Source of the DNA: Actinomycetales bacterium
GTDB taxonomy: Bacteria > Actinomycetota > Actinomycetes > Actinomycetales > JAHECE01
Length of the DNA stretch: 64,000 nucleotides
Direction of reading: 5' to 3'
NCBI GenBank assembly: GCA_029975645.1
Contig: JARKOU010000037.1
Coordinates: 7,397 to 71,396, forward strand
Shown here: in pieces, positions 54,078-63,390 of the stretch
Layout of the letters: every line of letters begins with the position of its first letter
Numbering within the stretch: position 1 is the stretch's first letter
Notes under the pieces: model-generated
Database searches by the model: none
What the model saw: the letters and a program-made list of their open reading frames with translations, nothing else
Told to the model about the DNA's origin: nothing
Program-made: the position numbers and the translations under genes

Positions 54078-54488
54078 CTACGAGCCCTCGTGCGTCTCCA
54101 CGTTCAGGATGTTGCCGTCCGGGTCCTCGAACCAGACGGAACGCATCGGGCCGTACTGGCTGCTCGCGTCACCCCACGTGGCGACGCCGTCATCCCACGT
54201 GATCTCCTCCATCTCGAAGGTCTGGAACACGACTCCCTTCGCTCGCAACGCGTCGACCTCGGCGTCGAACGCAGCGGACGGCACCTGGAACGAGACGGCC
54301 GTGGCCTTGTTGGTCCCGGCGTAGGCAGACGGGTAGACGAGGAACTGGTTCGTCCCCGCCCCGTAGATCACGCCGTCGGGCATTTCCTCCTCCTGCGGAG
54401 TGAACCCCAGGACGCCCTCGTAGAACTCGCGCGCGCGCCCGAGGTCCGAGACCGCGAGCGTCGGGTTGGCGTTGTACTCCCCCAGCAT
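54078..54488 (-). CDS. VOC (glyoxalase/bleomycin-resistance fold) family protein
   Basis: Inner part of ORF 54078..54752. ATG at 54488 with SD GGGAGG. LAVSDLGRAREFYEGVLGF and WFEDPDGNIL. Confidence 0.8.
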   Translation of the reverse strand: MLGEYNANPTLAVSDLGRAREFYEGVLGFTPQEEEMPDGVIYGAGTNQFLVYPSAYAGTNKATAVSFQVPSAAFDAEVDALRAKGVVFQTFEMEEITWDDGVATWGDASSQYGPMRSVWFEDPDGNILNVETHEGS

Positions 54489-54707
54489 CTCTGCCTCCCA
54501 GCGGACCGGGCGACCGCCGCCACGGTCAGCACTTTTCACGGTACGCCCTGGGGAAATGGCGGTCAACGTCCCGTCCTCGGGCCGCGCGGGGGGCGTGCCG
54601 GCGTGGGCGGGACGCCTGGCGGGCGCCCTCGTCGACGCCGTCGGGCGCCGGCGAATCTCGCCGCCCAACCCGCGACGTGCCGGGCGTGATACAGATACCG
54701 TCGCGCG

Positions 54708-55547
54708 GTGAGCGACCTTCACTTCGACGGGCCGGGAACGCTGGTCCGGCACGCCTTCACCCCTCGCGACCTCCCGCCGCGCGAGATCGACGTCTGGCTA
54801 CCGCCGGAGGATGCGGGCAACGGCACCATCAACCGACCGATCCTCTACTGCCACGACGGCCAGAACCTCTTCCTGCCCGAGTTCTCCTTCGCGGGCGTCC
54901 CGTGGTCGCTGCACACCGCGGCCCTCGAGGCGGCGAGCGCGGCGGGCGTGCCGGCTCCCGTCGTCGTCGGCGTCTGGAACTCGGGTGAGGGGCGCTACGG
55001 GGAGTACCTGCCGCCGGAGCCCGAGATGCGGCCCTCCGGGGCCGGCGAGGCGCACCTCGCGCTCGCCCATGCCGACGGCCGCAGGCCGTGTGCCGACGCG
55101 TACGTGCGGATGCTCACCGACGAGGTGGTGCCGCTGATCGAGGCGGAGTACCGCCTCTCCGTGCCGGCCCGACGGCGCGCGGTGCTCGGCTCGAGCATGG
55201 GCGGCATCGTCTCCCTCTACGCGGCGCTGACCAGGCCGGACGTGTTCGGCGCGGCCGCGTGCGTCTCGACCAACTTCATCGTGGGCGGCGAGCCGCTGGT
55301 CGACTGGTTCGCGGCGCGGCTGCCCGCACCCGGGACCACGCGGCTGTGGTTCGACCGGGGAACCGACGGGCTCGACGCCGAGTACGGGCCCCTGCAGGAG
55401 CGGATGGACGCGGCGGTCCGCGCGTCCGGCCTGGTGGAGGGGCGGGACGTCGAGACGCGGGTGTTCCCGGGCGCGGACCACAGCGAGGGCTCATGGGCGG
55501 CGCGGGCGACCGACGCGTTGACCTTCGTCCTTGCGGGGATGCACTGA
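54708..55547 (+). CDS. Alpha/beta-hydrolase, putative esterase family (enterochelin-esterase/esterase-D-like)
   Basis: ILYCHDGQNLF and GSSMGG (GxSxG). GTG at 54708. Full-length ORF. Confidence 0.75.
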   Translation: MSDLHFDGPGTLVRHAFTPRDLPPREIDVWLPPEDAGNGTINRPILYCHDGQNLFLPEFSFAGVPWSLHTAALEAASAAGVPAPVVVGVWNSGEGRYGEYLPPEPEMRPSGAGEAHLALAHADGRRPCADAYVRMLTDEVVPLIEAEYRLSVPARRRAVLGSSMGGIVSLYAALTRPDVFGAAACVSTNFIVGGEPLVDWFAARLPAPGTTRLWFDRGTDGLDAEYGPLQERMDAAVRASGLVEGRDVETRVFPGADHSEGSWAARATDALTFVLAGMH

Positions 55548-55554
55548 GGTTTCG

Positions 55555-56202
55555 CTACGTCGCCGCGGCCTCGGCGCGGCGCTTGATCCCTCGGAGCATC
55601 TCGCGCTCCATGGCGAAGGCGATCGGCTCGGTGAGGCGCCACACCCACGCCATGGAGTCCGGGTAGTCGAGGCGCTGGCGGACCACCAAGCGGGTGCGGG
55701 CGCCGTCGTCGAGCGGGCGGAGCACGAACTGCCACGTCGACGCCCCCGCCGGCGCCGTCTCGCCGGGCGACGGCGTGGCGTGCGGGGGCTTCGGGTCCGC
55801 GCCGAGGAGTACGAGCGCCGCGCCCTCGGGCGACGGGGGCCTCGCCTCGATCACCGCGAAGCAGGGGTACCCCTCGGGCCCCATGCGCACGAGGTCGCCG
55901 ACGGCGATCGCCTGGTGCTCGGGCAGGATGCGGTCCGCGCTGTGGATCCGGCAGCCGACCAGGTTCTCCAGCGCGTCGAAGCTGTACAGGCCGCCGCGAC
56001 CCTGACCGATCTGGACGAGCCACGGCCACACGGCCGACGGCGGGGCGTCGATCATGATCGCGCGCGTGTACCCGAGGCGCGGCGTCGGGACCAGATCGTC
56101 GCCCGGCATCGGCGCGACGACCTCGGAGTCGACGGCGCCCCAGCGGTTGTATGAGTCCCGGCGCCACGGTGAGGTCAGCACCGCGATCGTGACCTGCGTC
56201 AT
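55555..56202 (-). CDS. SRPBCC-family protein (polyketide-cyclase/START-like)
   Basis: Inner part of ORF 55555..56322, ATG at 56202. IDAPPSAVWPWLVQIGQGRGGLYSFDALENL. Confidence 0.7.
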   Translation of the reverse strand: MTQVTIAVLTSPWRRDSYNRWGAVDSEVVAPMPGDDLVPTPRLGYTRAIMIDAPPSAVWPWLVQIGQGRGGLYSFDALENLVGCRIHSADRILPEHQAIAVGDLVRMGPEGYPCFAVIEARPPSPEGAALVLLGADPKPPHATPSPGETAPAGASTWQFVLRPLDDGARTRLVVRQRLDYPDSMAWVWRLTEPIAFAMEREMLRGIKRRAEAAAT

Positions 56203-56387
56203 CCCGACCACGTACTCGCGCGCCGCGCGGCTCACCACGCCACTCCCCACCGGACCCACTCCCACCGGACCCACCATCGTCTCGCCGAACAGTCGGCCTA
56301 AAGGCCGCCTTGAGCCGACCAACCACGTGTTCGACGAGTGTGGGCGGGGAATCGGCGGAGTCGGGGGAAGGGGTAGGTTCCCTCGCC

Positions 56388-58472
56388 ATGACGGATGCGG
56401 GACGGGCGCTGCGCCTCGGGGTCGACGTCGGCGGCACCTTCACGGACGTCGTGACGGTCGGCGGCGCGGGCCGGGTCGCGATCGCCAAGGTCCCGTCGAC
56501 GCCGCAGGACCAGTCCGAGGGCGTCCTGGCCGGCTGGGACGCCCTGGCGCGGGCCACCGGCGAGGAGGCGGACGCCGTCGTCGTCTTCGCGCACGGCACC
56601 ACCGTCGCGACGAACGCCCTGCTCGAGCGCCGCGGCGGCCGCACGGCCCTGGTCACCACCGAGGGTTTCCGCGACGTCCTGGAGATCGGGCGCCAGGAGC
56701 GCGCGTCCCTCTACGACCTCACGCGCCACAAGGCGCCGCCCCTGGTCCCCCGCGACCTCCGCTTCACCGTCCGCGAGCGCACCGGGCCCGACGGCGTGAT
56801 CACCCCCCTCGATCCGGCGAGCCTCGCCGCAGCGGTCGACGCCGTCGCCGCGGCGCAGGTGGACGCCGTCGCCGTCTGCCTGCTCTTCGCCTTCCTGCAC
56901 CCCGAGCACGAACGGGCCGTCGGCGCGGCGCTGCGGGCGCGGCTGCCCCACGTCGCCGTGTCCCTGTCCAGCGAGGTGCTCCCGGAGTTCCGCGAGTACG
57001 AGCGGTTCTCCACCACGGTCGCCGACGCCTACCTGCGCCCCCGCCTCTCCGCCTACCTCCGCCGGCTCGAGGCCCGCGCCGCCGCGGCCGGGCTGCCGGA
57101 GCCGCTGGTCATGCAGTCCTCGGGCGGCGTGGCCGACGCCGGGGTGGCGGCGAGGCACCCGGCGCGCTTCGTGCTCTCCGGGCCGGCGGGCGGCGTGGTG
57201 GGCGCGTCCTACGTGGCCGGGCTCTCCGGCTTCCCCGACGTCCTCACCTTCGACATGGGCGGGACCAGCACCGACGTCGCCCCGGTGGTGGGCGGGCGCG
57301 TGCAGCTGACCACGGAGTCGGTGGTGGCGGGGGTGCCGCTGCGCCTGCCGATGGTGGATGTGCACACCGTGAGCGCGGGCGGCGGCTCGATCGCGTGGGT
57401 GGACGACGGCGGCGCGCTGCGCGTCGGGCCGCGGTCCGCCGGCGCCGAACCCGGGCCCGCGTGCTACGGCCGCGGCGGGACCGAGCCGACCGTCACCGAC
57501 GCCAACCTTCTGCTCGGTGCCCTGCCCGACGGCGCCCCGCTCGGCACGTCCGACGACGCCGTGACCCTGCGCCGCGACCTCGCGGAAGCCGCGCTCGCCC
57601 GGCTCGGCGAGCGGCTCGGGCTCACCGCGGCCGACGCCGCGCTCGGCGTGGTGCGCGTGGCCGACACCGAGATGGTCCGCGCCCTGCGCGTCATCTCCGT
57701 GGAGCGCGGGCTGGACCCGCGGGAGTTCGCGCTGGTCGCATTCGGCGGCGCGGGCGGCCTCCACGCGTGCGCCCTCGCCGAAGACCTCGGCTGCCGCACC
57801 GTGCTCGTGCCGCGCGCCGCGGGCGTGCTCTCGGCGCTCGGGCTCGCGATCTCCGACGTGCGGCACGACCACGTAGCCGCGTTCCTGCGCACGGTGGACG
57901 ACGACGGCGCCTCGCTCGAGCCCGCGGTCGCCGCGGCGTTTACCCAGGTGGAGGCGGAGGCGCGCGCGGCGCTCGACGGCGCCCGGCTGGAGCGGTTCGC
58001 GGACCTGCGGTACGCGGGGCAGTCGTTCGAGGTGACCGTCCCGGGCGGGACGGTGGCCGAATTGGTGCCAGCGTTCCACGCCGCCCACGAGCGGCGGTAC
58101 GGGCACCGCATCGACGACGAGCCCGTGGAGATCGTGGCCGTCCGCGTGGTCGCCACGCAGCCCGGCGTGGTGCCCGACCTGCGCGAAGGCGCGCCGGACA
58201 GCGGCGAGCCGGGCGGCGGTGGGCCGGACGCGCTGGCGGGCGCCGTCGTCGGCGAGTCGGGCGGCGGGACGCATACGCGGGAGGTCCTCCTGCCGGGCGG
58301 CGCCGTCGTCGCGACGGTGCACCACCGGGCGTCGATGGGCGTCGGCGCGCGCGTGACCGGGCCCGCCGTCGTCGACTTCCCGGAGGCGACGTGCCTGCTC
58401 AGACCGGGGTGGGCGGGCGCCGTCGACCGCGTGGGCACGCTCGTGCTGCGACGCGAGGAGGGAACGCGATGA
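56388..58472 (+). CDS. hyuA: Hydantoinase/oxoprolinase A subunit (HyuA family)
   Basis: Inner part of ORF 56310..58472, ATG at 56388. LGVDVGGTFTDVV, HGTTVATNALLER and FDMGGTSTDV. Confidence 0.9.
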   Translation: MTDAGRALRLGVDVGGTFTDVVTVGGAGRVAIAKVPSTPQDQSEGVLAGWDALARATGEEADAVVVFAHGTTVATNALLERRGGRTALVTTEGFRDVLEIGRQERASLYDLTRHKAPPLVPRDLRFTVRERTGPDGVITPLDPASLAAAVDAVAAAQVDAVAVCLLFAFLHPEHERAVGAALRARLPHVAVSLSSEVLPEFREYERFSTTVADAYLRPRLSAYLRRLEARAAAAGLPEPLVMQSSGGVADAGVAARHPARFVLSGPAGGVVGASYVAGLSGFPDVLTFDMGGTSTDVAPVVGGRVQLTTESVVAGVPLRLPMVDVHTVSAGGGSIAWVDDGGALRVGPRSAGAEPGPACYGRGGTEPTVTDANLLLGALPDGAPLGTSDDAVTLRRDLAEAALARLGERLGLTAADAALGVVRVADTEMVRALRVISVERGLDPREFALVAFGGAGGLHACALAEDLGCRTVLVPRAAGVLSALGLAISDVRHDHVAAFLRTVDDDGASLEPAVAAAFTQVEAEARAALDGARLERFADLRYAGQSFEVTVPGGTVAELVPAFHAAHERRYGHRIDDEPVEIVAVRVVATQPGVVPDLREGAPDSGEPGGGGPDALAGAVVGESGGGTHTREVLLPGGAVVATVHHRASMGVGARVTGPAVVDFPEATCLLRPGWAGAVDRVGTLVLRREEGTR

Positions 58473-60115
58473 CCCTGGACCCGATCACCCTCTCGGTGCT
58501 GCGCAGCGCGCTCGCCGGGATCGCGGAGGAGATGGGCACGGTGCTGGTGCGCAGCGCCTACTCCTCCAATATCAAGGAACGGCGGGACTGCTCCGCCGCC
58601 CTGTTCGACGCGCAGGGGCGGATGGTCGCGCAGGCCGAGCACATCCCGGTGCACCTGGGCGCGATGCCGGAGTCGGTGGCGGCGGTGATGGCGCGCGGGC
58701 CGGTGCCGGGCGACGTGTGGATCCTCAACGACCCGTACACCGGCGGCACCCACCTGCCGGACGTCACCCTGGTGAGCCCGGTGGACGTGGGAGGGGAGGT
58801 CGTGGCGTACGCGGTGACGCGGGCACACCACTCGGACATCGGGGGCATGTCGCCGGGGTCCATGCCGGCGGACTCGCGCGACCTCTGGCAGGAGGGCTTG
58901 ATCATCCCGCCGGTGCGGCTGACCGAGGACGTGCTGACGCTGATCTGCGCGAACTCGCGCACGCCGCGACTGCGCCGCGGGGACTTCCGGGCGCAGGTCT
59001 CGGCGAACGGCGTGGCGCAGCGGCGGATCGGCGAGTTGGTCGGGCGGCTGGGGCTCGACGTGCTGCGTGCGGGGTTCGGCGAGGTGCTCGCCTACGCCGA
59101 GCGGCGTACGCGCGACGCCCTGCGACGCCTCCCCGACGGCGTCTACCGCGCCGAGACCGAACTCGAGGGCGACGGCGTGACCGACGCCGACATCCCCATC
59201 CGCGTCGCGGTGACCGTCTCCGGGGACTCGGCGCGGATCGACTTCACGGGGACATCCGGGGCGGTGGCGGGCAACGTCAACTGCCCGCTCGCCGTGACGC
59301 GCTCGGCCTGCTACTTCGCGCTGCGGGTGCTGCTGCCCGAGGACGTGCCCGCGTGCGCGGGGACCTACGCGCCGCTGACCATCGACGCGCCGGAGGGGTC
59401 GCTGGTCAACGCGCGGCCGCCGCACGCCGTCGTCGCCGGGAACGTGGAGACGTCGCAACGGATCGCCGACGCCGTCCTGCGGGCGTTGTCCCAGGTGGCG
59501 GACGTGCCCGCGGCGGGGGCGGGGACCATGAACAACACGGTGATCGGCGGGCGGGGCTGGACGTACTACGAGACCGTGGCGGGCGGGCAGGGGGCGTCCT
59601 CGCGCGGCGACGGGCCTTCGGGCGTGCACGTGGGCATGACCAACACGCTCAACACCCCGATCGAGGCGCTGGAACTGGAGTACCCGATGCGAGTGGAGCG
59701 GTACGAGTTGGCCGCCGGGTCCGGGGGCGAGGGTCTGCATCGCGGCGGCGACGGCGTGGTGCGGGCGATCCGCGTGCTCGAGGACGCCTCGGTCAACCTG
59801 CTCACCGACCGACGCCGGCACGCGCCACCGGGGTTGGCCGGCGGGGAGCCGGGGGCGGTGGGGCGCAATGTCCTCGAGGAGCCGGGCGGCCACGCGGACC
59901 CGGGCGACGATGCGGAGCCCGAGGACAACACGGGAGATCCGGTGGACCAGACCCACCGGATCCTCCGCACAACGCCCGACGGCGCCCGCGACCTGCCGCC
60001 CAAGACCTCCCTCGCCGTCCCCGCGGGCGCCGTCGTCACCCTCGTCACCCCAGGGGGCGGCGGCTGGGGCCCGCCGACGGACGGGCCGGCGGGCTCGCCC
60101 GCATCAACCGGGTAG
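58469..60115 (+). CDS. hyuB: Hydantoinase B/oxoprolinase subunit (HyuB family)
   Basis: The last 548 codons of ORF 56054..60115. The ATG at 58469 overlaps the hyuA stop (ATGA). DPITLSVLRSAL, NDPYTGGTHLPD and TPGGGGWG. Confidence 0.9.
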   Translation: MTLDPITLSVLRSALAGIAEEMGTVLVRSAYSSNIKERRDCSAALFDAQGRMVAQAEHIPVHLGAMPESVAAVMARGPVPGDVWILNDPYTGGTHLPDVTLVSPVDVGGEVVAYAVTRAHHSDIGGMSPGSMPADSRDLWQEGLIIPPVRLTEDVLTLICANSRTPRLRRGDFRAQVSANGVAQRRIGELVGRLGLDVLRAGFGEVLAYAERRTRDALRRLPDGVYRAETELEGDGVTDADIPIRVAVTVSGDSARIDFTGTSGAVAGNVNCPLAVTRSACYFALRVLLPEDVPACAGTYAPLTIDAPEGSLVNARPPHAVVAGNVETSQRIADAVLRALSQVADVPAAGAGTMNNTVIGGRGWTYYETVAGGQGASSRGDGPSGVHVGMTNTLNTPIEALELEYPMRVERYELAAGSGGEGLHRGGDGVVRAIRVLEDASVNLLTDRRRHAPPGLAGGEPGAVGRNVLEEPGGHADPGDDAEPEDNTGDPVDQTHRILRTTPDGARDLPPKTSLAVPAGAVVTLVTPGGGGWGPPTDGPAGSPASTG

Positions 60116-60126
60116 TTCCGTCTCGC

Positions 60127-60186
60127 CCGGGTAGATCCGTCGCGGACAGCCCGACGAACCTTCCCGGTACAGACGGATCTACCCGG
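60127..60186. promoter_or_regulatory. 15-bp perfect inverted repeat CCGGGTAGATCCGTC ... GACGGATCTACCCGG with a 30-nt spacer
   Basis: Arms read at 60127-60141 and 60172-60186, between the hyuB stop (60115) and the GDPD start (60215). Could be a long terminator hairpin or a regulator site. Confidence 0.45.
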
Positions 60187-60214
60187 CCGCGCGGCCGCCG
60201 GTAGGGTCACCGGC

Positions 60215-60961
60215 GTGAATCGGCCCCTGGTCATCGCTCATCGCGGGCTGACGACGGCGGCCCGCGAGAACACGGTCGCGGCGCTCCTCGCGGCGGCAGA
60301 CCTGGGCGTCGACGGCGTGGAGTTCGACGTCCGGCGCGCCGGCGACGGCACGCTCGTGGTCCACCACGACGCCGAGGTCGCCGGCCTGACCATCGGCGAC
60401 GCCACGCTCCCCCAGGTCCGGAACGCCGGCCGGGCCGCCGGGTACGAGGTCCCCACGCTCGCCGAGGTGCTCGACGCCGTCGGCGATCGCGTGCTCGTGG
60501 ACGTCGAGATGAAGGAGATCGGTCACGAGCGCGAGGCGCTCGACGTCATCCGCGCGACCTGTCGCCGCGACGACTTCGTCGTCACGTCGTTCCACCCGAG
60601 CACCATCGCCACCCTCCGCGCGCTCGACCCCCGCGCGCACCTCGGCCTGCTGGTCGGCACGCCGAACCCAGCCCACGGCCTGGCCACGCACCTCGGCGAA
60701 CTCGTGGACGCGCGCCGTCGGGCGCGCCGCCTCGGCGCCGACTTCCTCGCTCCCAACTGGCGGTTCGTGTCCTCGGGCGCCCTGCGCCGCGTCCACCTGG
60801 GCGGCATGGCCGCCTGGGTGTGGACGGTCAACGACCCTCACCTCATGCGGACGCTCGTCCACGACCACCGGGTCGAGGCGATCATCACCGACCACCCAGC
60901 GCTGGCGTTGCGAGTCCGCGACGAGGCCGCAGCCCACAGCCGAGGCCACGCGGTCCCATGA
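60215..60961 (+). CDS. Glycerophosphodiester phosphodiesterase (GDPD family)
   Basis: VIAHRGLTTAARENT, GVEFDVRR, DVEMK and WTVND. GTG at 60215. Confidence 0.85.
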   Translation: MNRPLVIAHRGLTTAARENTVAALLAAADLGVDGVEFDVRRAGDGTLVVHHDAEVAGLTIGDATLPQVRNAGRAAGYEVPTLAEVLDAVGDRVLVDVEMKEIGHEREALDVIRATCRRDDFVVTSFHPSTIATLRALDPRAHLGLLVGTPNPAHGLATHLGELVDARRRARRLGADFLAPNWRFVSSGALRRVHLGGMAAWVWTVNDPHLMRTLVHDHRVEAIITDHPALALRVRDEAAAHSRGHAVP

Positions 60962-60992
60962 CGACGGCGCGCTCCAGGTGGACCCTGGGGTG

Positions 60993-62216
60993 ATGGCGAC
61001 TCCCGCCGACCTGGGGCGCGAGACCCGCACCCCGCCCGCCCGCGAGGCGTGGCCGGACAACCTGCGGCTCGCCCTCATCTCCGGTGTGATCGTCGCGCAC
61101 GTGGCCACGGCGTACGTGGTGGACCTGGTCGGGTGGTACTACGAGCAGCGGACGACGTCGCAGGTCGCCACCACCGTCCTGTCCTTCCCGATCCTCCTCG
61201 GGGCGCTGTTCGGCCTCGGGCCGCTCTTCGTCCTCGCGGGTTGGCTCTCCGCGCGGACGCTCGCGCGCCGCGGCCCGAGCGCGTTCGTGAGGTCCCGGTT
61301 GGTCCGGCTCGGCGTGCCGCTGCTCTTCTTCACCCTCGTCGTCGACCCGGTCGCGGACTACCTGGGCAAGACCCTCACGCAACCGGACCGCGACCTCGTG
61401 GACTACCTCCTGGACCGCACCGGGACGCGCGACATGGGTCCCCTCTGGTTCGTCGCCGCGCTCCTCGTGTTCTCCCTGGTCTACGCCGCGTGGCGCGCCG
61501 TCCGCCCGGCATCGCCCTCCCCCACAGCCGCCGATCATGTGGTTGGTGGTCCCATCCGGCCGAATGAGACGAGCAACAACGTGATCGTCGGGCGGGAGGC
61601 TCGCTCCGAGCCGTCCGCCCGCACCCTGCTCGTGGCGGGCGCCGTCGTCGCCGTCGGCTCCTTCACCGTGTGGCAGGTCTGGCGCCACGGGACCGAGACG
61701 CCCCTCAACGCGAACTGGCCGCACTGGCCGCAGGCCGCGACGATGTTCACGCTCGGCGTGCTGGCCGGCGAACGTGACTGGCTCGAGACGCTCCCCTGGC
61801 ATCGGGCGCGCGGGCTGGGCCGCGTCGCCGGCGTGGGGGTCGTGGCGGTCGCGGCGCTCGCGGGCTTCACCCTGGCCACCGCCGACGTCGACGTGATGAC
61901 GGGCGGGCCGCACTGGCAGGCGGCCGCGCTCGCGGCCCTCGACGGGCTCGTGGCCGTCACCTGGGTCTGGTGGCTCCTCGCGCTCTTCCGGCGCCGATGG
62001 AACTCCCAGCGCCCGTGGGCCGTGCGCGCGAGCCGCGGGTCCTACGCCGCGTTCCTGATCCACCCGATCGTGCTGGTCATGCTCTCCCTCGCCGTGCACG
62101 CGGCGCCCTGGCCGGCGGAAGTCAAGTTCCTGCTCGTGGCGGCGGCCGGTGTCCCGCTGACGTTCCTGGTCGGGTACGGCCTCACGCGCATCCCGGGCGT
62201 GCGGCGCGTCGTGTGA
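60993..62216 (+). CDS. Acyltransferase family 3 (membrane O-acyltransferase, OpgC/OatA-like)
   Basis: WPDNLRLALISGVIVAHV and about 10 TMs. Start is ATG 60993 or GTG 60978. Confidence 0.75.
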   Translation: MATPADLGRETRTPPAREAWPDNLRLALISGVIVAHVATAYVVDLVGWYYEQRTTSQVATTVLSFPILLGALFGLGPLFVLAGWLSARTLARRGPSAFVRSRLVRLGVPLLFFTLVVDPVADYLGKTLTQPDRDLVDYLLDRTGTRDMGPLWFVAALLVFSLVYAAWRAVRPASPSPTAADHVVGGPIRPNETSNNVIVGREARSEPSARTLLVAGAVVAVGSFTVWQVWRHGTETPLNANWPHWPQAATMFTLGVLAGERDWLETLPWHRARGLGRVAGVGVVAVAALAGFTLATADVDVMTGGPHWQAAALAALDGLVAVTWVWWLLALFRRRWNSQRPWAVRASRGSYAAFLIHPIVLVMLSLAVHAAPWPAEVKFLLVAAAGVPLTFLVGYGLTRIPGVRRVV

Positions 62217-62217
62217 T

Positions 62218-63327
62218 GTGAAGACGACGGCGGGACGTCCGGCCCTTTCGACGGTCCCGTTCCGGCACGACGATCGGCGCGTGACCAGGCCCCTCACCAC
62301 CACGAGCCGGAGGACGGGGAGGACGACGGCGCGGCGGCGCGTCCGAGCGGTCCTCACCGTGGCCGTCGTGCTGGCGACGTGGTGGATCGCGGTCCCGCCG
62401 GTTGCCTCCGGCCTCCCGGCCGATGTTTCCGGCTCGTTCGAGGGCGACGGTCACACGCTCACCTACACGGTGACCGGCGTCGAGCCGGATGAGAACGACC
62501 AGCCCTACAACCACACGGGCACCGTCACGTCCGACACGGTGACCGTGAGCGGGACCGCGACCTTCACGATCGGCGAGGGCCTGGTCACCAATCTCTCGAT
62601 GGGCGCATCGCTCTCCGTGGCCGGCGTCACCGACCAGGCGTCCTGGCCGCCCGAGGGCGTGGACGGCCGGGTCGGCGACACCACCATCACCTTCCCGTTC
62701 TCGCTCACCGTCGAGGTCCCCGAGGCGCCCGAGCCCGTCCCGGGCGCCGAACCAACTCCGGGGGCGACGCCGGTGCCCTGGACCACCGCGACGTTCACCG
62801 TCTACTCCCGCAACTGCAACGACTGGGGCGTCTGCGGCGGGCCCTCGGCGAGCGGGACGTTCCAGGTGTTCGACACCGCCCGGTCGCCGGCCGTCGACTG
62901 GGTCGCCGTCACCGGAGCCGCTGCGGCCGCGGCAGCCGCTGCCGCGCTCGCCGGGCGGGCGGGCTCCTCCGTGAAGCCGGGTCAGCCGGTGGGATACGTG
63001 CTCCAGCTGAACCAGCGCACCTTCCGGGTGAGCCGGGAACGCCCCGCGACGCTCCAGGCGACCGCCTGGCGGGTGGACGCCAGTGGCGCCATGGCGCCGG
63101 CGCCCGAGGCGGCGCTCCGCGTCGAGGTCCCCCCAGGGGTGCCGTGGCTCCGCGTCCTCCCACCGCAGGGGGCGGGCACGCTCGCGGGCCAGATCGTTCT
63201 CACCGACTCACCGGGCGCCGAACAGATGGCCCTCACCGTGGTGGCCTCTGCACCGAACGGAGAGATCGTCGAGGGCGTCAGCGTCACCGTTGAGGCTCCC
63301 CACGACTACCGCGCCGAGTTGTTCTAG
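62218..63327 (+). CDS. Hypothetical exported protein: Arg-rich N-terminus plus TM/signal, beta-rich domain with a Cys pair, poly-Ala hydrophobic tract, second beta-rich domain
   Basis: Full-length ORF with GC3-rich codons, 1 nt after the acyltransferase stop. RRRVRAVLTVAVVLATWWIAVPPVASG, CNDWGVCGG and GAAAAAAAAAALAG. No family recognised. Start uncertain (GTG 62218 or GTG 62281). Confidence 0.55.
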   Translation: MKTTAGRPALSTVPFRHDDRRVTRPLTTTSRRTGRTTARRRVRAVLTVAVVLATWWIAVPPVASGLPADVSGSFEGDGHTLTYTVTGVEPDENDQPYNHTGTVTSDTVTVSGTATFTIGEGLVTNLSMGASLSVAGVTDQASWPPEGVDGRVGDTTITFPFSLTVEVPEAPEPVPGAEPTPGATPVPWTTATFTVYSRNCNDWGVCGGPSASGTFQVFDTARSPAVDWVAVTGAAAAAAAAAALAGRAGSSVKPGQPVGYVLQLNQRTFRVSRERPATLQATAWRVDASGAMAPAPEAALRVEVPPGVPWLRVLPPQGAGTLAGQIVLTDSPGAEQMALTVVASAPNGEIVEGVSVTVEAPHDYRAELF

Positions 63328-63340
63328 CCGAGTTGTTCTA
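63313..63340. repeat. 14-bp tandem duplication GCCGAGTTGTTCTA x2 spanning the stop codon of the preceding gene
   Basis: Read directly: units at 63313-63326 and 63327-63340. TAG at 63325-63327. Confidence 0.9.
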
Positions 63341-63390
63341 GCCGCCGGCGGAGTTCCCCCGAATCCCTGACCCCCTGAGGAGCCGCTCCC

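Noticed and set aside
56246-56275. 15-bp direct repeat CCCACCGGACCCAC[TC] x2 upstream of the SRPBCC gene
   Set aside because: There are only two copies in a GC-rich 5' region. It could be simple slippage, and it would encode VGPVG repeats only if an upstream, unsupported start were used. There is too little evidence for a function.
56054-58468. N-terminal 805 codons of ORF 56054..60115
   Set aside because: This part overlaps hyuA out of frame and is Arg/Gly/Pro-rich. Only the part from the ATG at 58469 (ATGA overlap with the hyuA stop) shows HyuB motifs.
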